DNA of 62,884 bases, counting the filler, from an uncultured bacterium (GTDB lineage Bacteria; CAZSTA01): assembly GCA_964609495.1 (NCBI GenBank). It is 13 parts of 13 records of this genome, joined end to end, with 100 filler letters (N's around TTAATTAATTAA, not from the genome) between each part and the next. Parts side by side here need not be neighbours in the genome. Positions count along the whole stretch, not along the records: positions 53,896 to 58,346 come from CAZSTA010000249.1; positions 58,447 to 62,884 come from CAZSTA010000250.1; 11 more parts are not named here. One strand, 5' to 3'. This document shows, in pieces, positions 55,927 through 62,884 of this stretch. A model generated the notes under the pieces. It searched no databases. It saw only the letters and a program-made list of their open reading frames with translations, and was not told where the DNA came from. Positions within the stretch are counted from its first letter, which is position 1. Every line of letters begins with the position of its first letter. A program made the position numbers and the translations under genes.

Positions 55927-58128
55927 TTAGTTGTGGGTTTCACTAACTCCCTTACTTCTCCGAACGTTGAGACGATAAACATCGGTAACACTATTTATAG
56001 CTTCTATCCCCTTCATTACATTTTGTAGCTGATCTAAATTGAATATATCCAATGATAGACGTATTATGGCAACTTTGCTGGGAGTTATGCTAAGGTTCAC
56101 ACCGCTTATATTGATCTTGTGGGTCGAAGTAACTTTAGTTATATCGGAGAGGAGATCCGATCTATCTAGAGCCCTTATCTCTATAGTTACGGTTTGGCTA
56201 GTTGTAGGGGTATTCCCATCCCACGATACTTCGACCTTCCGACCTGGCTCTTTTAAAAGATGTCTTATATTAGGACAATCGATCCTGTGAATCGAGATCC
56301 CTTTTCCCCTGGTGATATAACCAACTATAGGGTCTCCCGGTACTGGATTACAACACTTTGAGAAGCGAACCATAACATCGTCTATCCCCCAGATACGAAG
56401 CCCTTGTTCTACAACTGGATTACTGGGATTAACCTCGATCTCCTCCTCGGGAAGTTCCGAAGGGGAGAATTGATTGAGTATAGTTTTGGGAGAGGTGTTT
56501 CCATATCCAATACTTGCTAATAGATCTTCGATACTCTTGAAGCTGAGCCGCTCAGCCATCTCCTTTAGCTTCTCGGTCTTCATCATCTTGGAGATGCTTA
56601 GGTTAGATTTGCGAATCTCCTTCTCCAATTCCTCTCTTCCCTGCTGGATGATCAATTCCTTCTCTCTATTTCTCAACCAGTACCTGATCTTGCTCTTGGC
56701 TCGAGAGGTCTTTACAGTGAAGAGCCAGTCTCGGCTAGGACCCCGCTTCGATTTAGAGGTTATTATCTCCACAATATCGCTGTTCCTAAGAGTATAATCT
56801 AAGGAAACCATCTTACCATTTACTTTAGCTCCCACACAGGTATTACCCACCTCGGTATGAATTTTATAGGCGAAGTCTATGGGGGTAGAGCCCGCGGGAA
56901 GATCTATAACCTCCCCTTTGGGAGTGAAGACAAAGACCCGATCAGCGAATAGATCGATCTTGAGGGATTCCATGAACTCCCTAGGGTCTTTTGTCAATTC
57001 TCCCTCCTGCTGAGCTTGCTGCCACTCCATCAATTGCTTTATCCAAGGTAATTTTTCTTCGATCGCCTCTTCAGTCATCCCCTCCTTATATCTCCAATGA
57101 GCGGCTACTCCATACTCAGCGAAACGGTGCATTTCATCTGTGCGAATCTGAATCTCTAAGGGATATCCTCTTGGGCCAAACACGGTGGTATGAAGGGATT
57201 GATACATATTGGGGCGAGGCATGGCTATATAGTCATCGAATTCCTCTATAATCGGCTTCCAAAGGGAATGGATTATCCCTAGAACACTATAACAATCTTT
57301 TACAGATTCCGCTATAATCCTTACTCCGACCAGATCATAAATTTGGTTTAATCCGACCCCTTTCCTCTTTATCTTCTGATAGGTGCTATATATATGCTTA
57401 TTTCTACCCTCTATTCTCCCTGTTATGTCCACCTCTCCCAGTTTCTGAGTCAGGATATCCGAGATTTCTTTTATATATCCCTCTCTATTGCGACGCTTCT
57501 CCTTGATCTCTTTGGTTAGCTCTCTAAATTTTTCCGGTTCCAGATGCTTAAAAGCTAGATCCTCAAGCTCATTCTTTATCTTCCCGATCCCCAGACGGTT
57601 AGCTAAGGGAGCATATATATCTAGAGTATCAGAAGCGATCCTCTTTATACGCTCCTTATCTAAATACTTTAAGGTCCGCATATTATGTAATCTATCCGCC
57701 AGCTTTATAAGTATAACTCGGATGTCATCGATCGTGGCGAGGAACATAATCCTCAAATTCTCCATATGACGCTGTTCGGAGGATTCGAAGGGCAAAGTAT
57801 TCAACTTAGTTACCCCTCGAACTAAGGAGGCTATCTCATGATTAAATTCCTCCTCTATATCTTGAAATGTTACGCCGGTATCCTCTACTACATCATGAAG
57901 GATACCGGCAGCTATTGTATCTATATCGAGGTTTATCCTAGCCAGGATTATTGATACTGCTAGGGGATGAATTATAAACGGATCGCCCGAGGCTCTCTTC
58001 TGACCTTCGTGGGCTTTATCCGCGAAATCATAAGCTCTTCTCAGGAGCTTTATGCCATCTCTGGAGCTGTTGTGAAAAACTATCGTCGAGATTAAATCTT
58101 CAAATAGCTTATCTTTACTGTCCATCAT
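55927..58128 (-). CDS. relA: bifunctional (p)ppGpp synthetase/hydrolase (Rel/SpoT) with TGS and ACT domains
   Basis: LHDVVEDT, KLADRLHNMRTL, YQSLHT, EIQIRT, VFTPKG, DFAY.IHT and CCNPVPGD motifs. Confidence 0.96.
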   Translation of the reverse strand: MMDSKDKLFEDLISTIVFHNSSRDGIKLLRRAYDFADKAHEGQKRASGDPFIIHPLAVSIILARINLDIDTIAAGILHDVVEDTGVTFQDIEEEFNHEIASLVRGVTKLNTLPFESSEQRHMENLRIMFLATIDDIRVILIKLADRLHNMRTLKYLDKERIKRIASDTLDIYAPLANRLGIGKIKNELEDLAFKHLEPEKFRELTKEIKEKRRNREGYIKEISDILTQKLGEVDITGRIEGRNKHIYSTYQKIKRKGVGLNQIYDLVGVRIIAESVKDCYSVLGIIHSLWKPIIEEFDDYIAMPRPNMYQSLHTTVFGPRGYPLEIQIRTDEMHRFAEYGVAAHWRYKEGMTEEAIEEKLPWIKQLMEWQQAQQEGELTKDPREFMESLKIDLFADRVFVFTPKGEVIDLPAGSTPIDFAYKIHTEVGNTCVGAKVNGKMVSLDYTLRNSDIVEIITSKSKRGPSRDWLFTVKTSRAKSKIRYWLRNREKELIIQQGREELEKEIRKSNLSISKMMKTEKLKEMAERLSFKSIEDLLASIGYGNTSPKTILNQFSPSELPEEEIEVNPSNPVVEQGLRIWGIDDVMVRFSKCCNPVPGDPIVGYITRGKGISIHRIDCPNIRHLLKEPGRKVEVSWDGNTPTTSQTVTIEIRALDRSDLLSDITKVTSTHKINISGVNLSITPSKVAIIRLSLDIFNLDQLQNVMKGIEAINSVTDVYRLNVRRSKGVSETHN

Positions 58129-58213
58129 AGATCACCAGACCCTACCAGATATAGTTCTGAGTATATGATCAGCACTCTGGTTACAATGGCTTATTTTAAG
58201 TAGGCTTAGTATC

Positions 58214-58242
58214 ATTGTAGCAAAATATTCCCAATTTGTCAA
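58214..58242 (-). promoter_or_regulatory. promoter for rel
   Basis: Minus strand TTGACA-N17-TACAAT. Confidence 0.7.
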
Positions 58243-58257
58243 TCAAAAACGCGTTTA

Positions 58258-58321
58258 GGATGTATATAAAATAAGGGACTTGATATCATAAATCACATTC
58301 CCCAGCCCAAAGTTTTACATG
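58258..58321. repeat. degenerate GGATG(C/T)ATATAAA end plus module shared with 15023-15051
   Basis: ATCACATTCCCCAGCCCAAAGTTTTACATG is a near reverse complement of 15023-15051. Confidence 0.6.
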
Positions 58322-58535
58322 CCTCGCTCCAAATATAAATAGTTGANNNNNNNNNNNNNNNNNNNNNNNNNNNNNNNNNNNNNNNNNNNNTTAATTAATT
58401 AANNNNNNNNNNNNNNNNNNNNNNNNNNNNNNNNNNNNNNNNNNNNATTCTCAAGTTGAGAGAGTCGCCACTCCGATCTCATACGAAAATTCTTCCGTAT
58501 CTTATCAGAAGGCAACTCTCTCTGATATATACCCT

Positions 58536-60140
58536 TTACAACTCGATCACAACCGAGTCCTCATCCATCTTCAGGGAGAAATCGGCATATCTGCTATCCT
58601 CGATCTGACTTGTGCCAAATTCGATAGGCTTATCGCCGACCTTTACCTCAGAGCCTCTGGGCAGAAGCACGTGAAAATTGGCCTCATCACCACTCCCGGC
58701 GAAAGAGATATATATCTTATTCTCCTCGGGAGAAAATTTATAGTTATATCCGAAGTAAGCCCCGGAACTTTCGTATCGCATCCAGACTGTAGCCTCGCTC
58801 TCACCAGCGGCAGTCCAGCGAGGAGAACATCGAACCTTCTGATACAGTTTATTTTCATCAACCACTCCTGCTAATCCTTCTATCAGAGCGTAAAGCATTG
58901 CGGCTGATCCCCAACCGTCAGTTGGAAGGGTGGTGGGACTGGACACCCCTGGAGAACCATCAGCGTGATACCAGAGATAAGTTTCCCCTGATTCACTGAT
59001 CATCTTCTGATATCGCTTCAGGATATCTACACCATACTCCTCGAATCCCTCTTCAAAAGCTCCATGCGCTAGCTCACCACCAACTAAGGGCATAATACCA
59101 CCGTTGACGTAGTTATCTGGAGCTTTCGACCAATATTTATCATCAGCTCTGCCGAAGCAGGAAACAGGATAAGGGGGCTGGATGGAATACCACTCAGCGA
59201 AGGAATCCACGGTCTCCCTTCTTCGCTGATATTCCCTGATAATACTAGCCGCTTGCTCGTGATCACAGACTCCTCGATTGAGATCGTAGGAATTTGACAA
59301 GCTCAAGATCTCGCTCTCATCCACTCCCTCAACTACCACTGGATCGATATGAACTTGATGAGTGTAGAAACGACTATTCCAACAGACCTTGTTCAAATCG
59401 GTGCGAAACTCGTTATACTTATTCATCCAATGATCGCCTTTGGTTTCATCTCCCCAGTAGGCGAACATCTTAGAAAGCAGATAACAGGCTTTTGCCGAAC
59501 CGCTGTTATCCCCATGCATTATCCCGAATTTCGTATTCTCGGTGAAACTGGCGGAGTAGTCGCCATACTGGAAATCCCAAGTATCAATGGTGAAGGCTCG
59601 TTTGACCAACTTATGTTCTGGCGACCAGCGATCAGGATGAGTCATAGAGTAAGTTAATCCTCTCTCCAACTTCGGTAACGCCCATCTCATCCGTTCATCA
59701 TCGCCCGTGGTCTGCCATACTCCGTGAACTGCCTCCACTGCTAAGTATTCAACATCAGCCTCGATCTCTACTCGATAGGTATCTCCCGCCTGATGTCCTT
59801 TTTCAGTAGTAGTCTCAACGAAATCATAGAAGCTTCCGTCTTCCATCTGATTTCTCAGGAAGAAATCGACGGCGCTTTTCATATCTGGTTCGAAGTATTT
59901 GAATCCTTTCATCTGATGAGTATGATCCCTAAGCCAGATGGGGGGAGAATCGGGACTGCGATATCCCTTTACGATCTTCCCTGGCTCCTCTTCATATTGG
60001 GAGGTGTCCTGAAGCATAAAGGATTTGATATCGGGATAGAGGGTATCAAACTGCGGATTACCAGTCCTAATTAGAACATCCTTCGGTTCTTCCTTCAAGC
60101 CGAGCTTCTTCCAATCTCTTTCCTTTGGTTTAATCGACAT
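58536..60140 (-). CDS. putative (alpha/alpha)6 glycoside hydrolase-like protein
   Basis: IWLRDH, EADVEYL..E....WQ.TGD, Y.NGG..P..GGEL...AF..G, GWGSAA.LYALIEGLAG patterns typical of six-hairpin glycosidases; exact family not assigned. Confidence 0.65.
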   Translation of the reverse strand: MSIKPKERDWKKLGLKEEPKDVLIRTGNPQFDTLYPDIKSFMLQDTSQYEEEPGKIVKGYRSPDSPPIWLRDHTHQMKGFKYFEPDMKSAVDFFLRNQMEDGSFYDFVETTTEKGHQAGDTYRVEIEADVEYLAVEAVHGVWQTTGDDERMRWALPKLERGLTYSMTHPDRWSPEHKLVKRAFTIDTWDFQYGDYSASFTENTKFGIMHGDNSGSAKACYLLSKMFAYWGDETKGDHWMNKYNEFRTDLNKVCWNSRFYTHQVHIDPVVVEGVDESEILSLSNSYDLNRGVCDHEQAASIIREYQRRRETVDSFAEWYSIQPPYPVSCFGRADDKYWSKAPDNYVNGGIMPLVGGELAHGAFEEGFEEYGVDILKRYQKMISESGETYLWYHADGSPGVSSPTTLPTDGWGSAAMLYALIEGLAGVVDENKLYQKVRCSPRWTAAGESEATVWMRYESSGAYFGYNYKFSPEENKIYISFAGSGDEANFHVLLPRGSEVKVGDKPIEFGTSQIEDSRYADFSLKMDEDSVVIEL

Positions 60141-60214
60141 AGTTTATTACTCCTTTCTATCTTTGATCTCAGATATTCATTATTTAGAAGATTCCTTATA
60201 CTTCTCCCTAGATA

Positions 60215-60829
60215 TTAATCCTCCTCAATCAAAGCCACAGCCCTTAAAGGCGAGGCATCTAATCCCTCGATGAATAGCGGCAGAGCTATCAAAAATACCC
60301 TGAGTTGTTTCACCTCATCAAGATGAGCTAGATTCTCTATCATAGGGATATCGTTCTTCAGGATTGTCTCGTGAGTGGTCATCTTCCCAGGAGGTTCAAC
60401 CCCGATCGTATTATCGAAGCCGAGAAGTTTTATTCCCTTATCGAGTAGCCACTTAGATGCTTCCTCCGATAGATAGGGATTGGACTCTCCAGAGGTTGAG
60501 TTGGTCAAGAATACTATATCTCCTCTCCTCACATCCGAGTTGCTAGCCTTATCTAATATCTCAGGAGTGATCGGTTGATCATCTGCGACCTCCAGATGGA
60601 GGACTAATCCTTCTCCCATGAAGATATCAGGTGGGAACTTCGATACATCTTTGCCCCCAGTTACATAATGAGATGGCATCTCCACGTGAGTCCCGATATG
60701 GCTCATCATATCTATATCGTGCATAATGGTATTATCAGCTTCATAGATAAATGGCCTTATCTCCAATCTCCTGCTCTCCTTACCCGGAATCAACTTAACA
60801 GATAAATCTATGACCTTGTAATTCTTCAT
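60215..60829 (-). CDS. cyclase/kynurenine formamidase family metal hydrolase
   Basis: IDLS, HIGTHVEMPSH, IENL..L and DASP.RAVA motifs. Confidence 0.88.
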   Translation of the reverse strand: MKNYKVIDLSVKLIPGKESRRLEIRPFIYEADNTIMHDIDMMSHIGTHVEMPSHYVTGGKDVSKFPPDIFMGEGLVLHLEVADDQPITPEILDKASNSDVRRGDIVFLTNSTSGESNPYLSEEASKWLLDKGIKLLGFDNTIGVEPPGKMTTHETILKNDIPMIENLAHLDEVKQLRVFLIALPLFIEGLDASPLRAVALIEED

Positions 60830-60850
60830 AATGTGATCACCTCCTTTCTT

Positions 60851-62884
60851 TTATATATCAACCGAAGCCAAGTTCGGTTCAACCTCCTTCATCGTGAATA
60901 CCCTATATCCCTCTCCTTCAGTTTTTATGGTGATAGTTCCCCTTTCGTCAGTTCGATATATCTCAGTGGCTAGACCTTCGAGTCTCGCGATAACTTTTGG
61001 ATCGGGATGTCCGAAATTATTCTTTCCTACGGAGATAACCGCCGATTCGGGATGGACAAATTTGAGAAAAGCTGGGATACTAGAGCTAGAAGCTCCATGA
61101 TGAGCGACTTTCAGTATATCACTATCCAAGCTCTTTCCGTAGAGCAACATTCTCTCCTCTGTCTCCCTCTCAATATCCCCAGTAAATAAGAACTCCGTAT
61201 CATCATAGATAAGCTTTAGCACGACCGAGTTATTATTAGAGGCGCTATTACTCAGCATTTCCTCCCCGGGATTCAAGACGTAGGCTATTATCCCCTCTCC
61301 AAAATCTAAAGCTTGTCCTTCCCGCACTACCTTATACTCTACTTCCTTCGCTTCAACCAACTTCGAGAAATCATCATTCATCTTCCCATTGTCAATAACT
61401 AGCCCTACCCTTAGCTTATTCAAAACAGCTATAAGCCCTTCCATATGATCAGTGTTATGGTGAGTTAAGATCATCGCATCTATTCTTTTCACTCCCCTAT
61501 ATCTCAGATAGGGCAGTAGTATCCTCTCTCCTACATCGAAATCCTCTCGGCCACTTCCACCTCCATCTATCAGAACGTTCTTGCCATCTGGAAAGTGGAG
61601 AAACATCGAATCTCCTTGCCCAACATCCAGGAACGCTACCTCTAAGGTTCTATTAGGAGGAGATAAGGCTTTGCTCCAAACGAATATGTTAATACCTAAA
61701 AGCAATAAAACAACCAACTTCCCTTTGAAACGAGCTAGATTCAGACGCTCTACATTAATAATCATTCCTAGAGTTAAATAGTATAATATCATAAATAGAA
61801 GGGAAGGAGGCTTTACATCCATAGCAACTGAGGGAGCATCATTGGTACTGGATTGGTAAATTAGAATTCCCGAAGCGATCATTAAGAGTAAAATTGTATA
61901 TTTAAAGATATTTCTTCCTCTCCAAAACTCGGCTTTGCTTATTATCATTAGGGCTATAAGGGAGAGATATAGATATAAAGTCATCGCTAAGGATAAGTTA
62001 GAGAAGAATTTGACTATCTTTATCATTATCTCCAGCACCAGCCAATTAGCCGAGGCGAAGATACCGCTTAAAAAGGATAAAGGGGAAAAAAGTATAGTTA
62101 ACGCCCCTAAATTTATGGATATCTCTGCTAAGGGGATTACGGGAAGATTAGCGAAGGTGGTGATTAAGGAGACACGATAAAAATAGTAAGCTATTATAGG
62201 TGCTATGCCTATCTCCGCGGCTATAGAGCCAGCCAAAGGTAAGGTCACCCAGCGAGGAAGCGGGGGAAGTATCCTCTCAATATGAGGAGTAAGGATTATC
62301 AAACTTAAAACTACTCCAAAAGACAACTGAAAGCTCACATCGAATAGCATTAGAGGATTAAAGAGGAGTATCAGAAGGGCGGCTAAAGCTATACTATTAT
62401 ATAATTCTCCCTCTCTTTTAAGAATATAAGCTAGTAGAAAGATGATCGCTATAATAGTAGCTCTAACGATGGGAGGATCCCAACCAGTTATCAACGCATA
62501 AAAACATATCGCAGGAATAGCCAGCATATAGGTGTGGCGCAGAGGTATCCGCATCCCCTGGTGAAGTTGGACTAAGATGATGAGCAAAACTAAAGCTACA
62601 TTAGAGCCAGAGGCAACTAGGATATGGATGACCCCAGTATCCCTGAATATCTCATAGGTCTCCTCGGGAAGGTCGGATTGAACTCCTAGCATAATCCCTC
62701 CTAGAAGCTGAGAATGTGGATGTTTGGGCTCAGGGAGAGTATTATAAATGATGGATAATAGCCACTTTCTAGCTGATATCGCCCCTCTGAGTAGAGGATT
62801 CCCTCCTCCCTTGCCTATTATCTCCACCTGGTCGAGCTTCCATACACTCATAAGAGCGAATATCTTATGTCTTATCAGATAAGC
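60851..62884 (-). CDS. comEC: ComEC/Rec2 competence protein, 5'-truncated
   Basis: TGVIHILVASGSNV, SFQLSF, FLDVGQGDS, TH...DH, LFTGDIE, LKVAHHG and YRTD motifs. Confidence 0.95.
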   Translation of the reverse strand, partial: AYLIRHKIFALMSVWKLDQVEIIGKGGGNPLLRGAISARKWLLSIIYNTLPEPKHPHSQLLGGIMLGVQSDLPEETYEIFRDTGVIHILVASGSNVALVLLIILVQLHQGMRIPLRHTYMLAIPAICFYALITGWDPPIVRATIIAIIFLLAYILKREGELYNSIALAALLILLFNPLMLFDVSFQLSFGVVLSLIILTPHIERILPPLPRWVTLPLAGSIAAEIGIAPIIAYYFYRVSLITTFANLPVIPLAEISINLGALTILFSPLSFLSGIFASANWLVLEIMIKIVKFFSNLSLAMTLYLYLSLIALMIISKAEFWRGRNIFKYTILLLMIASGILIYQSSTNDAPSVAMDVKPPSLLFMILYYLTLGMIINVERLNLARFKGKLVVLLLLGINIFVWSKALSPPNRTLEVAFLDVGQGDSMFLHFPDGKNVLIDGGGSGREDFDVGERILLPYLRYRGVKRIDAMILTHHNTDHMEGLIAVLNKLRVGLVIDNGKMNDDFSKLVEAKEVEYKVVREGQALDFGEGIIAYVLNPGEEMLSNSASNNNSVVLKLIYDDTEFLFTGDIERETEERMLLYGKSLDSDILKVAHHGASSSSIPAFLKFVHPESAVISVGKNNFGHPDPKVIARLEGLATEIYRTDERGTITIKTEGEGYRVFTMKEVEPNLASVDI

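Noticed and set aside
58447-58482. Possible gene start MRSEWRLSQLEN at the contig edge
   Set aside because: Too short and lacks a convincing SD.

Overview
The window is not one continuous locus. It is 13 short contigs (about 4.4-5.0 kb, in decreasing length) joined by twelve 100-nt artificial linkers (N44-TTAATTAATTAA-N44), so gene adjacency is meaningful only within a contig. The content is bacterial, with strong sigma70/sigmaA promoters and Shine-Dalgarno sites. It is probably an anaerobic, sugar-using, diderm lineage; this is inferred from ExbD, alpha-2-macroglobulin, a beta-barrel-like protein, many sugar/peptide ABC transporters and URO-D-family proteins. Housekeeping content includes a dapF-lysC-dapA-orf-dapB lysine operon, ileS with a T-box leader, rel, comEC, lepB, nikR with a Nik/Opp ABC transporter, hxlA-hxlB and an FMN-binding glutamate synthase family gene. 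The most notable observations are: (1) a self-contained, translationally coupled TIGR04255-like / unknown / HEPN three-gene operon at 46541-48303, a candidate tripartite toxin-antitoxin or defence module; (2) a 1166-aa membrane protein with three catalytically degenerate Mrr-like nuclease domains; (3) a nested set of small repeats, in which BoxC-like G/C-rich hairpin doublets are invaded and enclosed by at least three MITE-like inverted-repeat families, with both filled and empty sites visible; (4) an IS200/IS605-like end remnant that supplies the dapB stop codon; (5) an archaeal-type aspartokinase. All family assignments come from motif recognition by eye; no database searches were run. No rRNA, tRNA, CRISPR array, transposase or integrase gene was seen.
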